From NCBI GenBank assembly GCA_965205485.1, contig OZ242180.1:3776001-3840000 (forward strand): a stretch of 64,000 nucleotides of DNA. The letters run 5' to 3'. A model generated the notes under the pieces. That model was not told the origin of the DNA, did no database searches, and was given only the letters and a program-made list of their open reading frames with translations. The stretch comes from Candidatus Latescibacterota bacterium. GTDB taxonomy: Bacteria > Latescibacterota > UBA2968 > GCA-2709665. Shown piece by piece: positions 19,571 to 31,682 of the stretch. The translations under genes and the position numbers were made by a program. Within the stretch, counting starts at the first letter, position 1. Each line of letters starts with the position of its first letter.

Positions 19571-21037
19571 TCAGGCGCGGGCGTTCCCGTCCTCCAGCTT
19601 CCGGCGCAACAGTTGATTGGCCACTTTGGGGTTCGCCTGGCCTCTCGTCGCCTTCATGATCCGCCCCATGAAGAATCCCAGCAGCTTTCTGTCGCCATTT
19701 CTGTATCTGGCAACTTCGTCCGGGTGTTCCAATATCAGGCCGACGATCAATTCCTCGATCTCGGATGAATCGCTGATCTGCGCCAATCCCTGCTGTTCGA
19801 CGACCGCTTCCGGCGACGCACCGGATTCGGTCATCTTCGTGAATACGTCTCTGGCGATGTTTGCGCTGATGGCGCCCGCCCCGATCAACTTGAGCAGCGC
19901 GGCGAGGCCTTCCGGGGTGGCCTTGAGTTCCGCAATGCCGATCTTGCGCTCGTTGAGTGTGCGCAGGACGTCGCCCTGCACCCAGTTCGCGGTGGCTGCG
20001 GGTTCGGCCCCGGCCGATACGGCGGCTTCGAAATAGTCGGCCACTTTCCGGTCCGCGACGAGCGTGTCGATCTGATCCGTCCGCAGACCGTAGACAGTCG
20101 CGAAACGGGTGCGTCTCGCATGGGGCAATTCGGGTACGGTGGCCCGCACCCGGTCGATCCACTCCCGGTCGACGACAACCGGAACCAGGTCCGGCTCCGG
20201 GAAATAGCGGTAGTCGTCTGAAGACTCCTTGCCCCGCATCGCGCGCAGCCGGCTGCGGTCCGGATCGAACAACAGGGTCTGCTGCGCGATTTCGCCCCCG
20301 GCTTCGGACGTGTCGATCTGACGCAGTATTTCGAGTTCGAGTGCGCGCCGGCAGTTGCGTATGGAGTTCATGTTCTTGATTTCGACCTTGGTGCCGAGCC
20401 CGCTCGTTCCGCGCGGCCGGATCGACACGTTGGCGTCGATCCGGATGTGGCCCTTTTCCATGTCCCCTTCGGAAACCCCGGTGTAGGTCAGCAACTGGCG
20501 AAGGCGGGACATGAAGTGGTAAGCCTCTTCCGGCGATGCGATGTCCGGTTCTGTGACGAGTTCGATGAGGGGGACCCCGCACCGGTTGACGTCCACAAGA
20601 GACTCGCCGGCTGCCACAAAAGCTTCGTCGTGGATGCTCTTGCCCGCGTCTTCCTCCATGTGGATGCGAATGAGGCGCACGGTCCTGGTGCCGCTCCCGG
20701 AGGGGATGTCGATGCTTCCTCCCGTGGCCAGGGGCATTTCTTCGTTGGACTGAAATTGGGAAATCTGATACCCCTTCGGCAGATCGGGATAGAAGTAGTT
20801 CTTCCTCAGGAAGCGGCTTCGACGCTGGACGGTGCAGCCTACAGCCAGGGCGATGCGTATGGCGTGTTCTACGGCCTCCCGGTTCAACACGGGCAACGCG
20901 CCCGGCAACCCCAGGCAGACAGGGCAGGTGCGCGAATTGGCTTCGTCTCCGAAAGACACGCCGCAGCCGCAGAATATCTTGGTCCTCGTGGCGAGTTGGG
21001 CGTGAACCTCAAGACCGATGACGGGCTCGTACTTCAT
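19571..21037 (-). CDS. gatB: Asp/Glu-tRNA amidotransferase subunit B
   Basis: [42 protein letters not shown]. Confidence 0.97.
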   Translation of the reverse strand: MKYEPVIGLEVHAQLATRTKIFCGCGVSFGDEANSRTCPVCLGLPGALPVLNREAVEHAIRIALAVGCTVQRRSRFLRKNYFYPDLPKGYQISQFQSNEEMPLATGGSIDIPSGSGTRTVRLIRIHMEEDAGKSIHDEAFVAAGESLVDVNRCGVPLIELVTEPDIASPEEAYHFMSRLRQLLTYTGVSEGDMEKGHIRIDANVSIRPRGTSGLGTKVEIKNMNSIRNCRRALELEILRQIDTSEAGGEIAQQTLLFDPDRSRLRAMRGKESSDDYRYFPEPDLVPVVVDREWIDRVRATVPELPHARRTRFATVYGLRTDQIDTLVADRKVADYFEAAVSAGAEPAATANWVQGDVLRTLNERKIGIAELKATPEGLAALLKLIGAGAISANIARDVFTKMTESGASPEAVVEQQGLAQISDSSEIEELIVGLILEHPDEVARYRNGDRKLLGFFMGRIMKATRGQANPKVANQLLRRKLEDGNARA

Positions 21038-22494
21038 CGGATCAACTCCTGTTCGACCACGTAGGCGGCCCTGAGCAGAAGATCTTCCTTGAAGGCCGGA
21101 GCGAGCAGCTGCAGTCCGATGGGCAGGTCTTCCGCCGAAACGCCGCACGGTACGGAAATACCCGGGATTCCGGCCAGGTTTACCGAGACGGTGTAGATAT
21201 CGGACAGGTACATCTGAAGCGGGTCGCTGGTCTTTTCGCCAATGCGGAACGCCGGCGTCGGCGACACGGGTGCGGCGAGAAGGTCGCAGTATTCGAAGGC
21301 CTTTTCAAAGTCCTGCCTGATGAGAGTGCGCACCTTCTGGGCTTTCAGGTAATAGGCATCGTAATAGCCGGCGCTGAGGGCATAGGTGCCGAGCATGATG
21401 CGACGCTTGACTTCCTCTCCGAACCCGGCACTTCGGGTCCGGCAGTACATGTCGATCAGGTCGTGTCCCTCTGTTCGACGGCCGAATTTGATGCCGTCGT
21501 ACCGGGAGAGATTCGAGGATGCCTCTCCGGTGGCGATGATGTAGTAGGCGGCTACCGAGCAGGCCGGATGGCAGGCTACGGGGAGGTCGACCTCACGGAC
21601 TTCCGCACCGGCGTTTTCCAGGACTTCAACGCTTCCGATGATCGCCGCGCGCACCTCGTCGTCAAGGCCCTTTCCGAAATACCCCGACGGAAGCCCGATC
21701 GTCAGCCCCGCGACGCCCGCTCCAAGGCCCGCCGTATAGTCCGGTACGGGTAAATCCACGGACGTGGAATCCCGCGCGTCGTGTCCGGCAATGACGTTCA
21801 GCAGGAGGGCGGCATCCCTTACGTTTCGTGTCACGGGGCCGATCTGGTCCAGTGACGACGCGTAGGCAATGAGGCCGTATCGGGAGACGCGGCCGTAGGT
21901 GGGCTTGAGGCCGACAACGCCACAGAAAGAAGCGGGCAGACGAATCGACCCGCCCGTATCCGTACCAAGGGCGAGTACGGTCTGATTCGCTGCCACGCTG
22001 CCGGCGCTGGCGCCGCTTGAACCGCCGGGAACGCGCGTTGGATCGTGGGGATTGCGCACGGGTCCGTACGCCGAGTTTTCGTTGGAGGAACCCATGGCAA
22101 ACTCGTCCATGTTGAGTTTGCCGACGATCACCGCATCGGCTTCCCGCAGCCGCGCAACGGAGGTCGCGTCGTACGGTGGAACGAAGTTTTCGAGGATTCG
22201 GGAGCCTGCTGTGGTGAGCAGGCCGCGTGTGCAAAGAAGGTCCTTCAGGGCGACCGGGATACCCGCCAGGGGACCCACGGGGTCACCTGCCGATACCCTG
22301 GCGTCTACCTCCTCAGCTTTGCGGATCGCTTCGCTTTCATTCAGGGTAATGTAGGTATTGAGCGCCGGATTCGTCGCCCGGATGCAATGAAAAACGGCCT
22401 CGACAAGCTGTCTGGACGTAATATTGCCCGACAGAATCGACGCCGTGAGTTCGTGGGCGGGCCGTTCGTTCAGTGGCTTCCCTGAAACTGCCAC
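21034..22494 (-). CDS. gatA: Asp/Glu-tRNA amidotransferase subunit A
   Basis: Amidase signature [29 protein letters not shown]. Confidence 0.97.
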   Translation of the reverse strand: MAVSGKPLNERPAHELTASILSGNITSRQLVEAVFHCIRATNPALNTYITLNESEAIRKAEEVDARVSAGDPVGPLAGIPVALKDLLCTRGLLTTAGSRILENFVPPYDATSVARLREADAVIVGKLNMDEFAMGSSNENSAYGPVRNPHDPTRVPGGSSGASAGSVAANQTVLALGTDTGGSIRLPASFCGVVGLKPTYGRVSRYGLIAYASSLDQIGPVTRNVRDAALLLNVIAGHDARDSTSVDLPVPDYTAGLGAGVAGLTIGLPSGYFGKGLDDEVRAAIIGSVEVLENAGAEVREVDLPVACHPACSVAAYYIIATGEASSNLSRYDGIKFGRRTEGHDLIDMYCRTRSAGFGEEVKRRIMLGTYALSAGYYDAYYLKAQKVRTLIRQDFEKAFEYCDLLAAPVSPTPAFRIGEKTSDPLQMYLSDIYTVSVNLAGIPGISVPCGVSAEDLPIGLQLLAPAFKEDLLLRAAYVVEQELIR

Positions 22495-22515
22495 CTTTCC
22501 TCCCTGAAACGGTTT

Positions 22516-22740
22516 CTACGGTTTGGCGGTTTTTTCCGAATCCGGAGTCTTGTTATCGGACTTGGAAGGGGGATCGACTCCGGTTTCGATTTCGTCCTGG
22601 ATATCCCGAAGCCCTCGCTTGAATTCCGTAACGCCCTTGCCCACGCTCTTGGCGATGTCGGGAATGCGTTTGGCCCCGAACAGCAGAAGGATAACCAGGA
22701 AGATCAGAAGAATTTCCCAGGTTCCGATGCCACCCAGCAT
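22516..22740 (-). CDS. tatA: Twin-arginine translocase TatA/TatE
   Basis: GIG..EIL......LLFGAKRIP.....GKG..EFK. Confidence 0.93.
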   Translation of the reverse strand: MLGGIGTWEILLIFLVILLLFGAKRIPDIAKSVGKGVTEFKRGLRDIQDEIETGVDPPSKSDNKTPDSEKTAKP

Positions 22741-22874
22741 GAATTGCCTCGCATTCGTAAAGAACCGCGGTCCTGGCGTCGTGCGAGCCCGCCGGCGATG
22801 TTTCCGCGTCCCCCGAACCTCCAGGACGCCGCATCGCACGGCAGCCCCGACTGACAAACCGGGACGACAGTGAA

Positions 22875-23156
22875 TCAGTAGGAGTATTTGACGTAATAAT
22901 ACGCCGTTCCAATGCCGATCAGGCTGAGGACGTTGAAATCGAGCGAAAACCCCAACGTGAGCGTCAACACCAGCAGGTTCACGCGCATCGGATAGAATTC
23001 GTAAGCGACCAGGGGATCCACCAGCACCCTGGACACCATGTTGTCCTCCAAGCCCAGGCCGCCGAAGACCAGGTTCAAGACCGCGCCGAACACCCGGCTG
23101 GCAAGAATCCCAACGAAGATCGCAACAATCAGGTGACCGACGCTCTTGTTCTTCAT
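22875..23156 (-). CDS. DUF4321-like small membrane protein
   Basis: Hydrophobic; L....LGFSL.FN.LS.IGI C-terminal pattern. Confidence 0.65.
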   Translation of the reverse strand: MKNKSVGHLIVAIFVGILASRVFGAVLNLVFGGLGLEDNMVSRVLVDPLVAYEFYPMRVNLLVLTLTLGFSLDFNVLSLIGIGTAYYYVKYSY

Positions 23157-23187
23157 CGACCCCACTCCACTCCGGTTCCTGCGGGAT

Positions 23188-23904
23188 TTACATATCCGCG
23201 ACTTCCCGATGTACGATCAGATGCGAAAGCCACCGTACCGCGCCGGAGATCGAGAATGCAAACGCGATCGGAAAGAACGCTTCGTCCGGAAAGATCGCGA
23301 CCGGGATAAACGCGGCGACGGCGATCCCCAGTCTCCAACGGTCCCTTCGCGTTTCAATGCTGAACCTGGGAAAGGCGGGATATCCGAACTGGCTGACCAT
23401 GAGCAGGCCCAGAACCAGGCACAATAGAAGGCCGACGTGGGGTTCGCGGGTACTCTGCCAGACCCGTTCCGCGAAGACGATATAGGCCGCCATGGTAGCG
23501 GCCGCCGAGGGTATCGGAAGTCCGACAAAGTCTTCCTTGTCGTCTCCTTTGACCTGAACATTGAACCTCGCCAGGCGCAGCGCACCGCACAGCAGGAAAA
23601 GAAAACAGGCCGCAAACGGCAACCACACCGCGTCCAGCATTCCCTGCAGGTATTGAAACATCAGCACGGCCGGCGCCACGCCGAACGAGCAGACATCGGC
23701 CAGGGAGTCGAACTGAACCCCGAAGTTGCTGGGCGAGTCCATCAGCCGGGCGAGTTTGCCGTCGAAGGCGTCGAGAAAACCCGCGATGACAATCAGCCAG
23801 GCCGCCGGGACCAGTTTCCCGTCCATCGCATACGCGATCGCAAGGAAACCGCAGCAGAGGTTGCAAAGTGTGACCATGCTCGGGACGGCGGCCCTCTTTC
23901 TCAT
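23188..23904 (-). CDS. pssA: CDP-diacylglycerol--serine O-phosphatidyltransferase
   Basis: D..DG..AR......FG...DSLAD..SFG.AP, RLARFN, F.GLP.P. Confidence 0.92.
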   Translation of the reverse strand: MRKRAAVPSMVTLCNLCCGFLAIAYAMDGKLVPAAWLIVIAGFLDAFDGKLARLMDSPSNFGVQFDSLADVCSFGVAPAVLMFQYLQGMLDAVWLPFAACFLFLLCGALRLARFNVQVKGDDKEDFVGLPIPSAAATMAAYIVFAERVWQSTREPHVGLLLCLVLGLLMVSQFGYPAFPRFSIETRRDRWRLGIAVAAFIPVAIFPDEAFFPIAFAFSISGAVRWLSHLIVHREVADM

Positions 23905-23945
23905 GTCGCATCGGCTCCGAAATTCGGCTGTTCTTCGTTCGTTGT

Positions 23946-25091
<1,146 letters not shown>

Positions 25092-25094
25092 GTC

Positions 25095-25841
25095 CTATTC
25101 TTCCGGTTCTTCGTAGGTGACTTCTTTCAAAAACAGGCCATGGGGCGGGGCGTTGGGCCCCGCAACCTGCCTGTTTCGGGCCTGCAGAATCGCGTCCATC
25201 GCGTCGGGCGCACGCGCGCCCCGTCCCACCTGAACCAGAGTGCCCACGATTCCTCGTACCATCGATCGGAGAAAGCGGTCGGCCGAGATTTCCACGTGGA
25301 CGGCGTCGTCGTTGCAGTCCAGGAAACACTCGAAGACACGGCAGTTCCGGTTCTCCTTCTCGGACGCGGCAACGCAGAACGACGTGAAATCGTGATATCC
25401 CAGCGTTCGCCTCGCGGCGGACCGCATCGCGTCGATATTCAGCCGGCTTCGCAGGTGCCACGCCTCTTTGCGGCCGATGGCCCTCCGGCGGTAGACAATG
25501 CGATACAGGTACGTCCGCCGCCTCGCGGACCGTCGGGCATGAAACGTGGGCGGAACTTCGCCTGCATCCAGAACGGCCACATCGGGCGGCAACGTGCCAT
25601 TGAGCGCGGCGCCGATCCGTTGTAAGGGCAAGGGATTGGACGTTGTGAAATTGGCCACCTGCCCAAGTGCGTGAACGCCCGCGTCCGTGCGCCCCGCGCC
25701 GATGGCGCGAACGGGATGCCCCAAAAGCGAAGTCAGACTGGTTTCCAGCGTTCCCTGGACCGTGCGCTGGCCGGGCTGAACCTGCCAGCCCTTGAAGTCT
25801 GTACCGTCGTATTCCAGTTGGAGCCGAATATTCCGTTGCAT
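25095..25841 (-). CDS. truA: tRNA pseudouridine(38-40) synthase
   Basis: YDGT.F.GWQ.Q, AGRTDAGVHA, FL..MVR, AP..GL.L. Confidence 0.96.
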   Translation of the reverse strand: MQRNIRLQLEYDGTDFKGWQVQPGQRTVQGTLETSLTSLLGHPVRAIGAGRTDAGVHALGQVANFTTSNPLPLQRIGAALNGTLPPDVAVLDAGEVPPTFHARRSARRRTYLYRIVYRRRAIGRKEAWHLRSRLNIDAMRSAARRTLGYHDFTSFCVAASEKENRNCRVFECFLDCNDDAVHVEISADRFLRSMVRGIVGTLVQVGRGARAPDAMDAILQARNRQVAGPNAPPHGLFLKEVTYEEPEE

Positions 25842-26195
25842 TCCAGCTGGTTCGGCTTGAATTTTCGGGGACGACGCGTCCGGCGGCCTCGTTTCGGCAC
25901 TGACATGGGCACCTGGCGACGCCACCAGCGAATATCGAAACTGAATCTGCCAGAAGGCAGACCCGTAACCGTCGAGAATTCTACGAAATATAGCATCTCC
26001 AGCCGACAATGTCAATGGATTGTTCAGGTGGCGTTCCGTCCCCGGGGGACGGGTCACGGATGGACATTTCGATGCATCGATTGGACGTTTCTTTCAATTT
26101 GGCAGCGCATTAACCGGCAGTTTCGCCGGTATCTGACGTGGTACGGATTTTGCATCTGGATTCATGGATCTTGGGGCGAAACGGAGGGGGCAAAG

Positions 26196-28562
26196 ATGCG
26201 GCGTCCGGCGCTGCTGTCCGCGGCGTTCTTTGCCGCGGGGGTGTTCGTGGCACATCGTTTGGACGTGCCCCTGTGGGCGCTGTGGACCGGCGGTCTCGGG
26301 CTCTGGATGGTGTGCCTGATCAGCGGATGGAGCCATTGCGTGTGGCAGGGAGCCCTGCTGCTCGTTCTGGGGGCGATGCGCTACGAAAGCGTGATGCAGG
26401 GGTTGCCTGGAGACCACGTCGCACACTTTGCCGCAGGAGACCGTCCTGTCGTGCTTGAAGGACGCGTGGCTGAGGAACCTGAATGGATGGAAGACGGGTT
26501 GCGCCTTCGGATAACCGCAAAGCGGGTCGCCGTGGGCGATACCATGTTTGCGATTCAGGGAACGGTTCTCTTGCGGTTCCGCAAGTTCCGTCCGGACGTG
26601 GATTATGGAGACCGTCTGACGGCGCGGCTGCGCCTTCGCCGGCCGCCGCCGGCCAGAAATCCGGGCGCATTCGATTACGGCGCCTTCCTGAAACGGAAGG
26701 GAATCCATGCCATGGGCTCCGTGTCGAGACGGGAACAGATTCTTGAGATCCGCGCGGGCAGGGGAGGCTGGCTGTGGACGTACGTGGTGCTGCCGGTGCG
26801 CAGGGGCGTGCGCGCCGGCGTGGCGTGCAACCTGTCAGGAGGTCCGGCAGGGTTGTTGAACGGGATCCTGCTGGGCGAAAAACGGGGGGTTCCCGACCCC
26901 GTCCGTACCGCGTTTACCCGGGCCGGGGTCAACCACGTACTCGCGGTTTCGGGCCTGCACGTGGGCCTGATTGCCGCAGTGGTGTTCTTTGCGCTCGGTG
27001 CGGTCGGATGCGGCAGGAAGACGACTGCCTGGGCCACGATTTGCGCCGTGATGCTTTACGCACTGGTTACGGGCCTGCCGCCGTCGGTTGTCAGGGCCTC
27101 CATGATGTGCGCGATTACCATCTGCGGCCGCCTTGGAAACACGCAGGGCGAGGGACTCAATTCTCTCGGCCTGGCCGCCCTCGTTATCCTGATTTTCCGG
27201 CCTCAGGACCTGTTCGACGTTGGCTTTCAGCTCTCTTTCTCCGCGACCGGTGGAATCCTGATCTTATATCGGCCCGTCCGCGGGTGCATGCCCGGCGGCG
27301 GCGGGGGCGGCATCGGTCATTGGATCTGGGCGCCGCTTGCGGTGTCGTTGGCCGCACAGGTGGGCACACTCCCGCTCGTGCTGACCTATTTCGGGCTTCT
27401 CTCAGTTGTCTCTATCCTCGCCAACCTGGTTGTGGTACCCTTGATGGCGGCCGCCGTCGCGCTGGGGTTGCTTGGGGTCATCGTCTATCACGTGTCGGCT
27501 CCGGTCGCGTCGTTGTTGAACGGCGCGAACTGGATTGTGCTGAAGGGCGCCATCCAGGCCGCGGAATGGTTCGCCGCGCCGGCGTGGGCCGCCGTGGAAG
27601 TACAGGGACCCGGATGGACTGTGACCGGGCTGTATCTGTGTGCAGTGCTTCTGATCCTGCCTGAGGCGAGGTCAGGACCGTGGGGCCGGCGGCTCGTGCT
27701 TGCGGGACTGTCACTTGCGAATCTCTGGGTCTGGTCGGGCGCCTGGCAACGGCCCGCGGACCTGAGGATTCTGGTGCTGGACGTGGGCCAGGGCGATGGG
27801 ATTTTTCTGAGGTTTCCGAACGGGAGGACGCTGCTGGTAGACAGTGGCGTGCGCGCGGTCAACATAGACATGGGCGAACGTGTACTGATCCCGTTCCTCA
27901 AGGCTGAGGGAATCGACCGGATCGACGCCGTGGTCGCGACGCACCCGCACAGCGATCACATTGGCGGATTCGTGACGCTTCTGGAGCGGGTGGAAGTTGG
28001 CTGGTACCTCGACGCCGGGCAATTCTACGATTCATGGACGGCCCGCAGGATCCGGACTCTGATCCGGGAGAAGGGCGTGCGCTATACGGCAATCGAGGCG
28101 GGAGACCGGCTTGGTGGACTGGGCGGCGTGGACGCCCTCGTACTGCATCCGACGCCGGACTACGTTTCGCGGCATGGCCCTGCGCCGCTGGGCCTGAATA
28201 ATAGTTCCGTGGTGATCCGGCTGACGTACGGTGGCTCGGCCGTACTGCTGACCGGCGACATTGAGCATGAAACGGATCCGGATCTCCTGCGGTGGGGGGA
28301 CCGGCTCCGCGCCGAGGTGCTGAAGGCGGCGCACCACGGATCCCGGACTTCGTCCACAGCTGCTTTTCTGGGCGCCGTACGTCCCGATCTCGTGGCGATT
28401 TCGTGCGGGGTCCGGAACAAATTCGGTCATCCATCCCGCGAGGTGATCCGGCGTTACGAGAAGATGGGGATTTCCGTCTACCGGACCGATGAGATCGGCG
28501 CAGTTGAAATCCGAATCGATGAAAAGGGAATCGACGCGTGGGGATGGCTGGAAGGGCGGTGA
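26196..28562 (+). CDS. comEC: Competence protein ComEC/Rec2
   Basis: NPG.FDY, HVLAVSGLHV, GFQLSF, LDVGQGD, THPHSDHIGG, HHGS; start set to 26196. Confidence 0.95.
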   Translation: MRRPALLSAAFFAAGVFVAHRLDVPLWALWTGGLGLWMVCLISGWSHCVWQGALLLVLGAMRYESVMQGLPGDHVAHFAAGDRPVVLEGRVAEEPEWMEDGLRLRITAKRVAVGDTMFAIQGTVLLRFRKFRPDVDYGDRLTARLRLRRPPPARNPGAFDYGAFLKRKGIHAMGSVSRREQILEIRAGRGGWLWTYVVLPVRRGVRAGVACNLSGGPAGLLNGILLGEKRGVPDPVRTAFTRAGVNHVLAVSGLHVGLIAAVVFFALGAVGCGRKTTAWATICAVMLYALVTGLPPSVVRASMMCAITICGRLGNTQGEGLNSLGLAALVILIFRPQDLFDVGFQLSFSATGGILILYRPVRGCMPGGGGGGIGHWIWAPLAVSLAAQVGTLPLVLTYFGLLSVVSILANLVVVPLMAAAVALGLLGVIVYHVSAPVASLLNGANWIVLKGAIQAAEWFAAPAWAAVEVQGPGWTVTGLYLCAVLLILPEARSGPWGRRLVLAGLSLANLWVWSGAWQRPADLRILVLDVGQGDGIFLRFPNGRTLLVDSGVRAVNIDMGERVLIPFLKAEGIDRIDAVVATHPHSDHIGGFVTLLERVEVGWYLDAGQFYDSWTARRIRTLIREKGVRYTAIEAGDRLGGLGGVDALVLHPTPDYVSRHGPAPLGLNNSSVVIRLTYGGSAVLLTGDIEHETDPDLLRWGDRLRAEVLKAAHHGSRTSSTAAFLGAVRPDLVAISCGVRNKFGHPSREVIRRYEKMGISVYRTDEIGAVEIRIDEKGIDAWGWLEGR

Positions 28563-28695
28563 CGAAGCGAACGGAACCGTCGTCGTGGGCGCTGCGTGGA
28601 GGGTTGGACGCTGACCCCGCTAAAATGGGCGGCTAGCCGTACAGGAATGCCGAATCAGCACAGAGCCACGATGCATGAGAAGAAAAGCAGCAGTT

Positions 28696-28932
28696 CTAAT
28701 TGATAGGTATAGCCGGCAGTATTATCTCCCCCAATAAGACTGCCGCCAACCAAAGAGCCGATGCTTTCAACTTCCCCCGGGCTGGATCAGGTGCTGAAGC
28801 GAACCCCGGTAACGGCCATACCGCCCATTCATATACCAGGCGTAAAAACAAAGCGCCGAAGATGCGCAATCTCAAACGAAGGGACCGGTATGCTGCGGGT
28901 TCCGGCCCAACGTCAAAACGAACCGCGGCCAT
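28696..28932 (-). CDS. Possible small hydrophobic protein (78 aa)
   Basis: Two hydrophobic stretches; downstream of a predicted minus-strand promoter; no recognised motif. Confidence 0.25.
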   Translation of the reverse strand: MAAVRFDVGPEPAAYRSLRLRLRIFGALFLRLVYEWAVWPLPGFASAPDPARGKLKASALWLAAVLLGEIILPAIPIN

Positions 28933-29063
28933 CCCCCGGTTCCCTTTCCAATCCAGGCGAAATCGCCAGGGGAGTTCTATGGAAAAGGCGCACGGGTTCG
29001 GCGATGTAACTTGCTCCAGGACAACGTCTTATGAGCAGACGGCCTCCTTGCAAGCACGTTTGA

Positions 29064-29092
29064 AATATATAATCCGATTGTGGGGTCGTCAA
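29064..29092 (-). promoter_or_regulatory. sigma70-type promoter reading into the comEC-accA gap
   Basis: Minus strand TTGACG-N17-TATATT. Confidence 0.5.
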
Positions 29093-29309
29093 GGGGAAAT
29101 TTGAGAAAAAAGCACGTGCGGAACCGGCGACTTTGGCATAAGATGCTGAAACTCAATCGGCTGCACGTCGAGAGGTTTTTTTTTAGGGTTCAGACGGTTT
29201 CGGTGGCGCCTTTTTCACGAAAAAATATCGCCAATTTCGGTCGAATTACGGAACCTCCCACGTAAACAGCAAGTTAGTGTAATCCAGTGACGGGCGGACG
29301 TCATGTATC

Positions 29310-29342
29310 AAAAAAAAACGGGCAACCAGTGGCCCATTTTTT
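29310..29342 (-). terminator. Rho-independent terminator of the ilv-leu...accA operon
   Basis: Minus strand ATGGGC-loop-GCCCGT followed by a long T run. Confidence 0.75.
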
Positions 29343-29398
29343 GCTGAATTTTATATGTTCATTTGTCGCAGTACGGATGCCGCGGGAGCGCATAAGGG

Positions 29399-30364
29399 TC
29401 ACTCGTCCCATACGCCCATCCGCCCGAATTTGTCGACCCGCTCGCGGACCAACTCCTCCGGCCGTTTGCGCAGTAGATTCTGAAACTCGTCCGATAGGAT
29501 TCGCTTCAGGTTCTGTCCGGCCGTTTCCGGGTCCCGGTGCGCGCCGCCGAATGGTTCGGGCACGATTCGATCGACGATCCCAAGAGGGACGAGGTCCTGC
29601 GCGGTAATCTTCAACGCCTCGGCGGCCTCTTCTCTCTTGTCGCGGTTCCTCCAGAGAATGAGTGAGCAGGATTGCGGATTGATAACGGAGTACCAAGCGT
29701 TTTCCAGCATCAGGATTCGGTCGCCGACGCCAATGCCGAGCGCGCCGCCGCTTGCGCCTTCCCCGATAATGACCACGATGACGGGGACCGGAAGACGCGA
29801 GATCTCGAAGAGATTCCTGGCGATGGCTTCGGAGACGCTTCGCTCCTCCGATCCGATGCCGGGGTACGCGCCCGGCGTATCGATCAGACAGAGTACCGGG
29901 CGATTGAATTTGGCGGCGAGTTTCATCACGCGGAGGGCCTTGCGATACCCTTCCGGGTGGGCCATGCCGAAGTTTCGATGGATGTTCTCCGTCGTGTTGC
30001 GTCCCTTTTGCGTACCCAGGACCAGAAGTGGCTGACCGTCGAGACGGGCGAAGCCGCTTACGACCGCCGGATCGTCCCGATAGTTCCGGTCTCCGTGAAG
30101 CTCCATGAAGTCGGTGAATATCAATCGAATATAGTCGAGCGTATGAGGGCGCTGGGGGTGCCCCGCAACCTGGTATATCTGCCACCTGCTCATGTTCGAG
30201 TAGATTTCCTTTTCCGCCTTTTGCAGCCGTTTTTCCAGTGCGGACAGCTCGGCCGTCACGTCGCCCGGCTCAGCTTCGGCGCGCGCCCTGAGTTCTTCGA
30301 TTCTCCTGTCCAGGTCGGCAATGGGACGCTCGAAATCCAGGTAGATCTTCTTCTTGCCATTCAT
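29399..30364 (-). CDS. accA: Acetyl-CoA carboxylase carboxyltransferase alpha subunit
   Basis: [41 protein letters not shown]. Confidence 0.97.
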   Translation of the reverse strand: MNGKKKIYLDFERPIADLDRRIEELRARAEAEPGDVTAELSALEKRLQKAEKEIYSNMSRWQIYQVAGHPQRPHTLDYIRLIFTDFMELHGDRNYRDDPAVVSGFARLDGQPLLVLGTQKGRNTTENIHRNFGMAHPEGYRKALRVMKLAAKFNRPVLCLIDTPGAYPGIGSEERSVSEAIARNLFEISRLPVPVIVVIIGEGASGGALGIGVGDRILMLENAWYSVINPQSCSLILWRNRDKREEAAEALKITAQDLVPLGIVDRIVPEPFGGAHRDPETAGQNLKRILSDEFQNLLRKRPEELVRERVDKFGRMGVWDE

Positions 30365-30386
30365 GTTCGGTTATCCTCTTTGGCGT

Positions 30387-31580
30387 TCAGATCCTGCTGA
30401 CGGCATCCTCGATGCGGTCCATGGCCTCGTGAATCATCGGCAGAGACGCGGCATACGAAAACCGCAGGTGGTTACCGGAGCCGAAACCGCTGCCGGGAAC
30501 GCATCCCGTCATTGCCTCTTCCAGCAGATAGTTCGCGAGTTCGACGTCGTTCCTGACGCGTTCGCCGAAAAGACCGGCCACGTCTGGAAAGGCGTAAAAG
30601 GCGCCTTGAGGAAGGCGGCACGAGACGCCCGGCAGGCGATTCAGGCGCTCGACGATCAGATCGCGGCGTTTTCGAAATGCTGCCCGCATGGCTTCCACGC
30701 TCTCCTGGGTTCCCGTGAGCGCTTCGATGGCCGCATACTGGGAAATCGTGCAGGTGTTGGTGGTTTCCTGGCTCTGTACTTTGGCGATCAGTCGCATCAG
30801 TTCGGGTGGTCCCGCGCCATAGCCCACGCGCCAGCCCGTCATCGCATACGCTTTGGAAAAGCCGTTGACGACGAGGGTCCTGCTTCCTGCCCCGGGATGC
30901 ACGGCGGCGATGGAAACGTGCCGTGCCGGATCGTAGATGATTTTTTCGTATATCTCGTCTGAGATCACAAAGATGCCGGCGTCCGCGATGACGTCCGCAA
31001 GTGCGCCCAGTTCACCGGGCGTGTAGACTTCGCCGGTCGGATTGCAGGGGCTGTTCAGAAGGATGATCTTGGTCCGCGACGTGATGGCATCCGCAAGGGC
31101 GCGGGGGGTCAGGCGGAAACCCGTCTCCCCGGATGTCCGCAAGATGACCGGCCGTCCACCCATCAGCCTGACCTGATCAGCATAGCTGACCCAGAACGGC
31201 GAGGGGATGATGGCCTCGTCGCCGGGGTTGATCAGCGCGACCACCGCGTCGAATATGACCTGCTTGGCGCCGCACGTAACGACAATCTGGGACGGGTCAT
31301 AGTCCAGATTGTTCTCCCTCTTCAGCTTTTGCGCAATTGCCTGTTTGAGTTCCGGCAGGCCCGATGCGGGCGCAGTGTACTTCGTGCAGCCCCTGTCAAT
31401 CGCCTGGATCGCCGCTTTCTTGATATTTGCCGGGGTATCGAAATCGGGTTCGCCGGCAACCAGTGAAATGAGGTCCGCGCCCCCGCGTTTCAGTTCCCCC
31501 ATTCTGGCGAACGTGGCTACCGTAAGCGATTCGTCGACGTCGAGTACGCGATTGGAAAAAGGGGATAATTCTTGGTTCAT
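30387..31580 (-). CDS. Class I PLP aminotransferase (aspartate aminotransferase-like)
   Basis: GEPDFDTP, GAKQ, NSP.NPTG, SDEIY, SKAYAMTGWR.GY. Confidence 0.92.
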   Translation of the reverse strand: MNQELSPFSNRVLDVDESLTVATFARMGELKRGGADLISLVAGEPDFDTPANIKKAAIQAIDRGCTKYTAPASGLPELKQAIAQKLKRENNLDYDPSQIVVTCGAKQVIFDAVVALINPGDEAIIPSPFWVSYADQVRLMGGRPVILRTSGETGFRLTPRALADAITSRTKIILLNSPCNPTGEVYTPGELGALADVIADAGIFVISDEIYEKIIYDPARHVSIAAVHPGAGSRTLVVNGFSKAYAMTGWRVGYGAGPPELMRLIAKVQSQETTNTCTISQYAAIEALTGTQESVEAMRAAFRKRRDLIVERLNRLPGVSCRLPQGAFYAFPDVAGLFGERVRNDVELANYLLEEAMTGCVPGSGFGSGNHLRFSYAASLPMIHEAMDRIEDAVSRI

Positions 31581-31682
31581 CGTCCGGATTGACATAGAGG
31601 TTTGGACGTATCCGAGGATCGGGGACGGCGTTGGCGTGAACCGCTGTCCGGTTCCTGACCGGCAACCGGGCCACGCGTCCTG

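Noticed and set aside
25671..26195. N-terminal extensions of ComEC and TruA in the ORF track
   Set aside because: They overlap each other across a divergent promoter region; family similarity starts at 26196 and 25841
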